DNA from: Spirochaetales bacterium
GTDB lineage: Bacteria; Spirochaetota; Spirochaetia; Treponematales; UBA12059
Assembly: GCA_016926955.1 (NCBI GenBank)
Contig: JAFGNN010000080.1
Span: 12,483-76,482, forward strand
DNA length: 64,000 bases
Reading direction: 5' to 3'
In this document: piece by piece, positions 26,403-34,391 of the stretch
How positions within the stretch are numbered: the stretch's first letter is position 1
Layout of the letters: each line of letters opens with the position of its first letter
Position numbers and translations under genes: made by a program
The notes under the pieces: model-generated
What the model was told of the DNA's origin: nothing
Databases searched by the model: none
What the model saw: only the letters and a program-made list of their open reading frames with translations

Positions 26403-28571
26403 ATGGATCTCGTATCGAACGAAGACAACTTGGGGCCGCTCAAGGCGCGGATAGCGGAGTACGCGGGAAGCGACGCGAACCGCGACGGCGAGGTGCTGAT
26501 AGGCTCGGGCTGGATACAGTCCGACTACTTCAAGCGGATATTCCCCGACGAGGTCGTCGCCGGACTTGCGGCGCGCGGCATCGGCGTCCGGGTCCTGCTC
26601 CGCGTCGGGAGCCCCACCGACTTGAAGATTTCCGACCTGGCCTTGTTCCGCGCGATGGTCTCGATGCGGCGGAAGGGCGTACGGACTTCGCTCCGCTTCT
26701 CGCGACATCACCATGCCAAGCTCTACGTTGTCGGTTCGGGCTACGCGATGCTCGGCTCCTTCAACCTCACCTCAGGCGGCTTCGGCGACGAAGACCGGCA
26801 CGGGAAGAACCCCGAGGCCGGCATCGCGACCACGGCCAAGGGCGAGGTCAAGGCGGCCGCCGCGCGCTTCGAGGCGATGTGGGCGGAGGCGGACGAGCTC
26901 GCGGACTCGCTGGCCGGGTTCGTCGCCAACGAGTCGGAAGACTCGGGCTTCTGGATGATCGGCGTGCGCGAGCTGCCCGCCGGCATGTTCGTCCAGGTGA
27001 AGGTCGGGGAACGGATCGTGCTCGGGAAGGTGGAGCGGAGCCTGCGCTACCGGCGCGACTTCTTCGGGGCCGACCGGGAATCGATCCTCGCCAATCCCTT
27101 CATCTTCGAGCAGTTCGGCATCGCCAAGCCCGCCCGCGAAATAGGCGGGATCAACCCGGTCGCGCTGAACGGCGTCGCGTCCGCGGGCAACGTCGACGCC
27201 CAGCTCGAGATCGCCCGGGTCAAGGCCATACGGAGTATCGAACCAAAGCCGGATGGCGGCCTCTCCTACGAGGCGTCATCGTTGCCTCCGCAGGTCGGCG
27301 CGGAGGTGCACGAGGCCGACCCCGCGCTGTTCAGGACGATGTTCGACCCCGCCGCCTGCGGCCGGCCCTACGCGACGCTCCGGGACAACCGCGAGATCGC
27401 GGTCTCGTTCGCCCCAGAATCCATGCTGGCCATGCACAGCGCCGTGCTCGGCGCCACCGGATCGGGGAAGTCGCATTTCATGAAGCGCTACCTCGCGGAC
27501 TTCCTGGCCCCCTATAACGAGTCGACCTGGAAGGGGCGCGTCGTCATCGTCGACACGCACGGCGAATACGGCGACTTCCTAGACGGGGCGGGGCTGGCGT
27601 ACGCCAACCTGGATTTCAAGACGGGAGAGCGCCTGGGTTTCGACGCGCCGCTCGTGGAGACGCTCGACGACTTCGTCGACCTCTACGACTTCAAGCCCGA
27701 CCGGAAGCTGAAGCGCCGCATCGTCGAGGCGCTGGCCATGAAGGACAAGCTCGACCAGGATACGTTCGTGCGCATCCTCGAGGAGGCCGCCTCCGACGAG
27801 GCTCGGCTCGACGCGATGCAGTACGTGGCCGATATTCTCGACAGCGAAGGCGAACCGGAAGTCGCCGAGGAACTGGTCAAGGAGTTCAAGAAGGCGCAGG
27901 ACCGTATCGCGCGGGCGAACGCCGTCTTCGACAAGAAGCGAAGGGCGGTTGCCATCGCGAACGTGCACAAGGAACTGGCCGACAAGGTGCTCAAGACCTA
28001 CGGTTACGGCAATTCCGAAACGCCGGCGCAGAAAGTCATCGCGGCCATCCAGCGCGACGGAATCCGCTTCGACCGGCTCGACTTCCTTCCGCAGCTGAGG
28101 AAGCCCGGCCTCTACCGCCTCGACCTGCGTCAGACGAGCGACCGGGAGACGCGGCAGGCCGTCGCGGGCGAGCTCATGGGGCAGATCTTCGAGGAAGCGA
28201 AGCGGACCGGCAAGTTCAACACCCTCTTCATCGTCGACGAGGCACAGAACTTCGCGCCGCAGGGGGAAGGGAAGTCCGTGCCCTCGAAGCGCGCCATGCG
28301 CATCGTCGCCTCGGAAGGCCGCAAGTTCCGCGTCGGACTCATGATCGCCACGCAGCGCCCCGCCTACGTCGACAAGGACGTCCTTGCGCAGTGCAACAGC
28401 CAGGCGATCTTCCGCCTCATAAACAACCTCGACATCGCCCAGGTCGAGAATACCGTCGAAGGCATCTCGAAGGTCGACCTCGACCAACTGCCGAATTTCG
28501 TGGCGGGCGAGGCCTTGTTCACCGGCGTGGCGATGACGATGCCGGTGAGGGTGAGGGTGGCACGCAGCTAG
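26403..28571 (+). CDS. PLD-family nuclease / HAS-barrel / HerA-type (DUF87) ATPase fusion protein
   Basis: HxK..GSxN motif: RHHHAKLYVVGSGYAMLGSFNLT (aa 101-123). HAS-barrel-like segment: MFVQVKVGERIVLGKVE. Walker A GATGSGKS (aa 350-357), Walker B LFIVDEAQNFAP, and IATQRP. Confidence 0.8.
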   Translation: MDLVSNEDNLGPLKARIAEYAGSDANRDGEVLIGSGWIQSDYFKRIFPDEVVAGLAARGIGVRVLLRVGSPTDLKISDLALFRAMVSMRRKGVRTSLRFSRHHHAKLYVVGSGYAMLGSFNLTSGGFGDEDRHGKNPEAGIATTAKGEVKAAAARFEAMWAEADELADSLAGFVANESEDSGFWMIGVRELPAGMFVQVKVGERIVLGKVERSLRYRRDFFGADRESILANPFIFEQFGIAKPAREIGGINPVALNGVASAGNVDAQLEIARVKAIRSIEPKPDGGLSYEASSLPPQVGAEVHEADPALFRTMFDPAACGRPYATLRDNREIAVSFAPESMLAMHSAVLGATGSGKSHFMKRYLADFLAPYNESTWKGRVVIVDTHGEYGDFLDGAGLAYANLDFKTGERLGFDAPLVETLDDFVDLYDFKPDRKLKRRIVEALAMKDKLDQDTFVRILEEAASDEARLDAMQYVADILDSEGEPEVAEELVKEFKKAQDRIARANAVFDKKRRAVAIANVHKELADKVLKTYGYGNSETPAQKVIAAIQRDGIRFDRLDFLPQLRKPGLYRLDLRQTSDRETRQAVAGELMGQIFEEAKRTGKFNTLFIVDEAQNFAPQGEGKSVPSKRAMRIVASEGRKFRVGLMIATQRPAYVDKDVLAQCNSQAIFRLINNLDIAQVENTVEGISKVDLDQLPNFVAGEALFTGVAMTMPVRVRVARS

Positions 28572-28765
28572 TAATCCTCGAAAATAAACAGTCTGGAAAG
28601 CCGTGCCAACATCTGTGCTTGGAAATATATGTGATGAAAAGGAGAAAGGTGAGTGTTGAATCTTAATAGCAAATAATGCATAGCCGTATTTGGGCAGAGT
28701 TGACTGTTTGAATTTGAAGACGATGATGTATTCAAAGATTAGCATTTCCAGAAGAAGGAGTCGTG

Positions 28766-29299
28766 ATGCGTCCTTACAGAAGTATCGACTTGGATGAAGC
28801 GCTGGTCATTGATGAGATTGAGCGGTATCGCCAGGGTATGGAGCTTGGGAATTGCGACTTCATTACTTTTATTCCCACTAGTCCTCGGCAGGAAGGAGTG
28901 GATATTCTCTATTTTAAAAGCCCCATCTATAAGACCATCCAGGTGAAGGGATCACGGGTTTATGATAACCGCAGTAGTCTTCCGACAGCATGGATCGTTC
29001 TACCGGACAAGTATTTCTCAAAAAAAACCTGTCCTGCCATCGACTTCTTTGTTTTTGTCTTCCATGTAGTAGTAGGTGGAAAGCATAAGCCCAAATTCAC
29101 TCAGGAGTATTTGGTGGTTCCGTTTGCTGATATGGATTCATATATAGTAACAAATGGGATTAAATCATCCGGTGGCAAGTATCATTTTGCGTTCGAAATC
29201 GATTTGGCACGAAAGTCTATAATCCAAGTTCGACATAAATTGGTTGCCTTGAGCTCGAGCAACTTCACAAAATACTGGAACAATTGGAGTCAGCTTTGA
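28766..29299 (+). CDS. hypothetical protein, Mrr-like PD-(D/E)XK candidate
   Basis: AT-rich 177-aa ORF with an AAGGAG RBS. GVDILYFKSPIYKTIQVKGS fits a D-x(n)-Q-x-K restriction-endonuclease-like core. Confidence 0.5.
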   Translation: MRPYRSIDLDEALVIDEIERYRQGMELGNCDFITFIPTSPRQEGVDILYFKSPIYKTIQVKGSRVYDNRSSLPTAWIVLPDKYFSKKTCPAIDFFVFVFHVVVGGKHKPKFTQEYLVVPFADMDSYIVTNGIKSSGGKYHFAFEIDLARKSIIQVRHKLVALSSSNFTKYWNNWSQL

Positions 29300-29660
29300 T
29301 TGGATAGCTCTGTCTTGAACTTTTGGTTGTGTCCAGTTAAAAGATAATAATACCGATAAGGTAATTCGCGGCTCGATGGGTGCTTTCGACCGAATTACCC
29401 GAGCAGTATCGGGTGACGAAATATATAGTTGGAGCGCTTGAGGTAAGGTCGGAAAGCTCGATCTAAAAGTCTGAAGGCGAGAGCCGCATCCTGAGGGGGG
29501 CGGCTCTCGCTAAAAGGTGGTAGTTACGAGCTCTCAGCTCCTGAGCGGATCTGTCTGCCGTTCGGGTGATTTGGGCCGGATTTGGGGCCGGATCACATCA
29601 TCTTGTGACATGGGGCTAAACAAAACCGAGGCTGTTCTGATATTACAATCGGGATAGGAA

Positions 29661-30893
29661 TCAAGGCCGGACAACCCGGAATCCGAAATCTTGGACCTGG
29701 GCGGGGGGATAGTAGTGGAATCGAAAAGCCAAGGCGCAGAAAGATGAATCGTTGCCCCAGCTACCTCCGCTCGCGATACGCTCCGTGCCCGAATCCGCCC
29801 CCCGGTAGTCCGTAACCGTACCTGTGGGGTAGTCGCCATACCAGTCCCAAGTCCATTCAAACACATTGCCGCTCATGTCGTAGAGCCCAAGCTCGTTGGC
29901 GCCCGCCGTTTTACTGCCAACGGGATTACTTCTTTCCGTATCGGTCCTTCCAGTTTCGGTTTGGTAATAACCAAAGACGGCATAGTCACCTATTGTATTG
30001 CTCCCGGTGCTCCCTGCAAAAGCTTTTAGGTAACCTGTGGTGTTTATTGCTCCGGGATCGGCAGTATCAGCACCCATGGCTGCCCAGAGCCATTCCATCT
30101 CCGTCGGCAAGCGATAACCATCGGCATTCCAATTGGCGGTTGCCGCATCCCAAACGGCCTGCAAAGCTGGATCAGCGAATCCGGTTGGTATTTGCGGGAA
30201 AGTAAGGGTTGTGAAATCCACTCCACTCACCTCATATACAGGTGTAAGGTCTTCGGTTATGCTCAGCTTGTTGCAGAAAGCAATGGCGTCGTACCAGCTC
30301 GTCATCTGTACAGGGTCTGTAGTGCCGCTTGAGTAGGTCGGATCACTCGGATCTGTAGAGAAAACCGCCGCAAATTGCTCCCTCGTAATTTCATGCGTAC
30401 TTATGCGATATGGTGACGTTATGACGCTGATATTGCTGGCCGTGGCATCCCTTTGAAACCTACCAGCAGGCACGAACTTCAAGATGCCGATATTGGGCGA
30501 ATCGTAATTCTCGCCCCAGGTGGCAGGGAAAACCGCGGTGACCACGCCCGAATCAGCCGGGTTCGAGACGCTCGAAGCCCCTTCAACCTCGAAGAAGTCC
30601 CCGGCAACGCCGGTCAGCGTAAAGCCGGACTTGGGTGTCAGCGTGATGGTAGCGGTATATACCGTGCTGGCTGCAAAGGTAGCCGGAGAGCCGTTCCACG
30701 TGACAGTTCCGGTATACTGGATGGTCTCGGCAATCGCCGTTACCGGGGTGGCGCCATAGACCGGCGCGCTTACTCCATGTATGGCGGCGATGTCGATCAC
30801 CGCATCTGCTGCCGGAGTAACGGGGCTTTGGCATCCAACTAATGAAATAACAGTAAACGCCAGCAGCATCGTGTGCCTCAGTTTTCTATTCAT
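29661..30893 (-). CDS. lipoprotein with FGE-sulfatase (SUMF1/PvdO-type) domain
   Basis: Signal peptide with lipobox (VISLVGC). C-terminal YRLPTEMEWLWAA, GLYDMSGNVFEWTWDWY and GGSW motifs of the formylglycine-generating-enzyme fold. Confidence 0.8.
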   Translation of the reverse strand: MNRKLRHTMLLAFTVISLVGCQSPVTPAADAVIDIAAIHGVSAPVYGATPVTAIAETIQYTGTVTWNGSPATFAASTVYTATITLTPKSGFTLTGVAGDFFEVEGASSVSNPADSGVVTAVFPATWGENYDSPNIGILKFVPAGRFQRDATASNISVITSPYRISTHEITREQFAAVFSTDPSDPTYSSGTTDPVQMTSWYDAIAFCNKLSITEDLTPVYEVSGVDFTTLTFPQIPTGFADPALQAVWDAATANWNADGYRLPTEMEWLWAAMGADTADPGAINTTGYLKAFAGSTGSNTIGDYAVFGYYQTETGRTDTERSNPVGSKTAGANELGLYDMSGNVFEWTWDWYGDYPTGTVTDYRGADSGTERIASGGSWGNDSSFCALAFRFHYYPPAQVQDFGFRVVRP

Positions 30894-31273
30894 TTTCTGG
30901 CTCCTTGAATGGGAAAATGACTAAAGGCTTAAGGAATATTGTATCCATTGAGCCTGTCGTCCATTGCATCGGACAGTTTATTGTAGGTCACATTATTAAA
31001 GGCCGCAAATTCCGGCATGTCGAATTACTCATACAGTCTCGATCCGCTAGCCCGTCTTTCTCAAGGAAGTATTGCCAACCATCGGGAGGGGGGTGAAAAC
31101 CGGACCGCAACCAATAGATGGCTTTGGGGAAGGTGTTTGGCACAAGTGTTCATCTCTTCTCGGAATGACCAACATGCCGGGCAGTAAGTCGCAAGAGTGG
31201 GACAAGGTCTGGATCGGAGTCCTCACCGAGCTCGAATTGACGAGTACTAGGGTCTCTGTGCCAGTCTGGGTCT

Positions 31274-31897
31274 TCACATTATATCAAATGAATGTTTAGA
31301 AAGATCCTCGTGGAGATCGATATCCCTTACATGCAAAGTGATGTTGGTTTCAGAGATATCGCTAAACACAATATTTGGACTAAATCCCATCGCCTGTTCG
31401 ATGACATCGAGCATCGCTTTTTCATAGTAGAGAATATTGCCTCGCTTGAGGCTGTCATGGATTTCATAGTTACCATTGCCTAGATTAATAATGGTGTATG
31501 GGCTTATTACGTCAACCCCATATTGCGAATATGCATCAGCTAAGTATCGATCGCTGATGTTGTTATGACCGATTCCTGCATAGGCAGTCACACCTGACTT
31601 ATTGGAATCACCATTTGAAATGCTTTGAAGATTACTGATTTCCACGTTATTGATCCTAAGATTTCTTTGCATCCACTCAAGTTTTCCATATTTCAACTCA
31701 CATAACAGCCAATCATGGTCATCTTTAGTGAATTTGCTGTGGTTGCTGTCTATATAACTTATACAGTAGCAGTTAATGATCATTCCCTTTAAGTGCTTTT
31801 CGGCACTTTTACTTGTGATTTCTCCTCTGAGCTGAGTTTCGAAATCATTAAGGCTAGAACAAATCTGGCTAATTAAGGACTGGATGGTATAATTCAT
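31274..31897 (-). CDS. hypothetical protein (AT-rich)
   Basis: 207-aa ORF with normal composition in a strongly AT-rich segment. No family recognised. Confidence 0.45.
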   Translation of the reverse strand: MNYTIQSLISQICSSLNDFETQLRGEITSKSAEKHLKGMIINCYCISYIDSNHSKFTKDDHDWLLCELKYGKLEWMQRNLRINNVEISNLQSISNGDSNKSGVTAYAGIGHNNISDRYLADAYSQYGVDVISPYTIINLGNGNYEIHDSLKRGNILYYEKAMLDVIEQAMGFSPNIVFSDISETNITLHVRDIDLHEDLSKHSFDIM

Positions 31898-32241
31898 GTT
31901 CTACTCCTCTTTGCAAGAGAAACAGGTATCAGCGGTTTTGATACTACCCGCGTAGTATCAATCATCAATCGACGGGCCACAAGTAAAAAATAAAACTGCG
32001 TGATGTCGAACCGCGCTTCATGCCTCGTGCCGTCGGCCAGTTCGATCTCGACGAGGTCGAGCCAACCATCGGGGGCGCGGGGCATGAGGCGCTGGCTCAC
32101 GAACTTCCAGTCCCGGTCGCGTTGGCCGAATCGCTGTTCCAGGTACTCGTACTCGAGCGGGACGCCAGTCGCGGAGTCGGGCGCGTGGATGACGACGAAA
32201 TCGCCTTTGTCCTCGAAGCAGGGTGCCGGTCGATTCGTCAT
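31894..32241 (-). CDS. hypothetical small protein translationally coupled to the DUF5131 gene
   Basis: Its ATG overlaps the DUF5131 stop (ATGA at 32238-32241). The GC-rich body (MTNRPAPCFEDKGDFVVIHAPD...FDITQFYF) runs into the AT-rich segment, so the last ~30 codons are probably not native. Confidence 0.45.
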   Translation of the reverse strand: MTNRPAPCFEDKGDFVVIHAPDSATGVPLEYEYLEQRFGQRDRDWKFVSQRLMPRAPDGWLDLVEIELADGTRHEARFDITQFYFLLVARRLMIDTTRVVSKPLIPVSLAKRSRT

Positions 32242-32984
32242 TTCACGAACCCCTTCGGGAACTCGTCCCAAGTCCGGCCGTCGAGCTCGCGGAGCTGGTC
32301 CTTGTGGCTCGTCCCGAGCTGCTTGATGAAGAAGGGAATGCCGTGGCCGATGGCCTGGTCGCGAATCTCGCGGGCCCAGGCGAGATCCAGGGGCCGAGCC
32401 CGTTTCCCGGTCTCGGAGCCGACGATGATCCACTCGAGCGGCAGGTGGGCGGACAAGTCGACGGGGCCGAGGAGCGGCTCGAGGACGACGACCCGGGTGC
32501 CCTTTACCCGCGCGAGTTCGGGCAGGCGCTCGTCGGCGGTGGCCTGGTTCTCGACCGATACAGCGACCGCGAGATGGCCGGGCAGTCCCGCGGGATAGCG
32601 CCGGGTCAGGACCTCGGCCATCCTCCGGGCGCGCTTTGTCCAAAGGAGGTACTTCGGAGTCCTGCGCTTCCGCGCCGCGACAGCGTCGACGATCGAGAGT
32701 ACCGTGTCTATCGTGGCCTCGGGCACCTTTTCCCAAAAGAGGTCGCCGTGCTGGACCACGCCGACGATACCGTTCTTCGGGTACAGCGCATCCTCGGAAA
32801 GGCGCTTCGGGAACGCGTGGGACTCGTCCGGGCGGACCCCGGCGGGGATGTTCCCGAGCCTCTGCTGCCAGGGGAAGATGCCGTCGAGGTACCAACAAGC
32901 TCGGCATCCGGCCGAGTAGCGCTCGCATCCGATGACCGGGTTCCAGTCGCCGCTGAGGACGTCGCCCGGGTTCTTCTTGGCCAT
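32238..32984 (-). CDS. DUF5131 (phage Gp37/Gp68 family) protein
   Basis: N-terminal three-Cys motif WNPVIGCERYSAGCRACW, and the later IIVGSETG and IPFFIKQLG blocks typical of this family. ATG 32984 follows a GGAGG RBS. Confidence 0.7.
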   Translation of the reverse strand: MAKKNPGDVLSGDWNPVIGCERYSAGCRACWYLDGIFPWQQRLGNIPAGVRPDESHAFPKRLSEDALYPKNGIVGVVQHGDLFWEKVPEATIDTVLSIVDAVAARKRRTPKYLLWTKRARRMAEVLTRRYPAGLPGHLAVAVSVENQATADERLPELARVKGTRVVVLEPLLGPVDLSAHLPLEWIIVGSETGKRARPLDLAWAREIRDQAIGHGIPFFIKQLGTSHKDQLRELDGRTWDEFPKGFVK

Positions 32985-33128
32985 GGGCCCTCCTTGAGGG
33001 TCGGATTTCGACCGTCGGAACGAACGATATACCCTTGTGGTGACAATAAGCGTCACCATGACGCATTACCTTGATCGCATTGGTATCCATTCGGGAAACG
33101 CCGGCGGGCCTGAGCCGGCAAGGAGGAC

Positions 33129-33353
33129 ATGATGAGTGTAACGTGCGGCGCGTGTTCGCGCGAGCTCGATCCGGGCCATGACGCTTGCTGGCTCTGCCCC
33201 GACTGCGAGGATCCCCGGGTACTGTTATGCCCCGCGTGCGCCCCGTCGTCGAAGCGCTGCCCTCGCTGCGGGGCCGACCTTTCGTACCGGGAAACGTCCA
33301 TCACCAAGAAGGCCTTCTTCAATCCCGCGACGCGCGGGCTCCTCGGTTTCTAG
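33129..33353 (+). CDS. small multi-CxxC zinc-ribbon protein
   Basis: 74 aa with an AAGGAGG RBS. Five CxxC pairs: CGAC, CWLC, CPDC, CPAC, CPRC. Confidence 0.55.
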   Translation: MMSVTCGACSRELDPGHDACWLCPDCEDPRVLLCPACAPSSKRCPRCGADLSYRETSITKKAFFNPATRGLLGF

Positions 33354-33363
33354 CTGACGCGCG

Positions 33364-34110
33364 ATGGCAGGCGAGGGGGAAATCGCGCTGCTCCCGCGTG
33401 GGGCGGTCCTGTTGCGGAGCATCGACGAGTTCTGGGGGGAGATGTGGGAAGGGGAAGGTGCTTCCTCCGTGGAGATCCGGGTCATCGAGGGAGCGAATGC
33501 CATTGGGGAACTCGACGAGACCCACCGCTACGGCGGCACGGGAGCGCTCCTGGAATCGCGCTACTTCGAGGATGGCGAAGCGGAGCTCGTTCGGACCAAC
33601 CGCTTTAACTCAAGGAGCTATCCGGCGGAGCGGATCAGCCTGCATCCTCGGAACGGCTCGTGGACTCGCTGGCGCATTCGCGAGGTCCAGTTCGAAGGCA
33701 GGCCTGCGGTCGTCGCCGAAATCGATTCGGACCGCAAGGATTCGTCCGCAATGACCGAGGTCTACTTCCTCGACGCGGCCGGCCTCATCGAGGAGTGTCG
33801 CTACCGGTCGGCTTCAGGTTGGGATGAGGATCGCTGGCTCGTCGCGCGTGACGGGCGGGGACGTATCGTCGAGCGGCGCAGCGTCTCTGGCGATGCGTCT
33901 CCCCTGGTGTGGTCGATCGAGCCGGACGGTCACGGGCTGTCGCGCCGCGAGACCATGGTCGGCCGTACGGGCGGACCGGAGGAGGAGCGGCGCTGGTCGC
34001 GGGAATACGACGAAAGGGGTTCCTGGACTCGGGAGCGGCTCGAGGTGTACGAGCTCGCACGCTCGGGAACGGTGCCGGCCTGGACGAGGGTGCGGGTAAA
34101 AAATACATGA
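33364..34110 (+). CDS. hypothetical protein with degenerate YD/MORN-like repeats
   Basis: 248-aa ORF with recurring E/R/W/G-rich short repeats (RYFEDGEAELVR, ARDGRGRIVERR, REYDERGSWTRE). No clear RBS; family not recognised. Confidence 0.4.
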   Translation: MAGEGEIALLPRGAVLLRSIDEFWGEMWEGEGASSVEIRVIEGANAIGELDETHRYGGTGALLESRYFEDGEAELVRTNRFNSRSYPAERISLHPRNGSWTRWRIREVQFEGRPAVVAEIDSDRKDSSAMTEVYFLDAAGLIEECRYRSASGWDEDRWLVARDGRGRIVERRSVSGDASPLVWSIEPDGHGLSRRETMVGRTGGPEEERRWSREYDERGSWTRERLEVYELARSGTVPAWTRVRVKNT

Positions 34111-34184
34111 TTACCCGAGGCTGAGGATCGAGAACGCAATAGGCTTGTGGCCATTTTGCAAAGTCGCTGCTTGCTAATTCCTTA

Positions 34185-34226
34185 TGGGCGCTGAGGGATT
34201 CGAACCCCCGACCTACTGGGTGTAAA
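34185..34226 (-). repeat. proximal att-like repeat within tRNA-Val (anticodon loop to discriminator)
   Basis: Identical to 19075-19116. Confidence 0.95.
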
Positions 34227-34258
34227 CCAGCCGCTCTAACCAGCTGAGCCAAGCGCCC
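34185..34258 (-). tRNA. tRNA-Val (anticodon UAC)
   Basis: The reverse complement folds as a cloverleaf: GGGCGCT/AGCGCCC acceptor, GCTC/GAGC D stem, GCTGG-TTTACAC-CCAGT anticodon arm, GGGGG-TTCGAAT-CCCTC T arm, discriminator A. CCA is not encoded. Confidence 0.93.
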
Positions 34259-34391
34259 CGGGGCTAAATGCTAGCATGGAGAGCGCGGCGCGATCAAGAT
34301 CGGGACCCCGGTCCCGAAGGGAAGCAAGTACCCGGGGGCGGGAACGCTGCCCGTTGCGGGTTTCGCGGGGGCGGGTTTATACTTCCTTCAT

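Larger units (their letters stand above)
19075..34226. mobile_element. tRNA-Val-associated genomic island (~15.1 kb), integrase not detected
   Basis: Bounded by a perfect 42-bp direct repeat of the tRNA 3' segment. Contents are accessory (nucleases, ATPases, a WYL regulator, a phage Gp37/Gp68-like gene). Composition is visibly patchy compared with the uniformly GC-rich flanks. Confidence 0.8.

Noticed and set aside
28575-32000. Short AAAATAAAC-like strings at both junctions of the AT-rich insert, considered as possible target-site duplications.
   Set aside because: The match is too short and too low in complexity within AT-rich sequence to be meaningful.
19117-34184. An integrase or excisionase was expected next to the tRNA or at the distal end of the island.
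   Set aside because: None of the plausible ORFs shows the R..HxxR..Y tyrosine-recombinase pattern, a serine-recombinase N-terminal motif or DDE signatures. Absence is reported rather than forcing a call, but a degraded remnant cannot be excluded without HMM searches.
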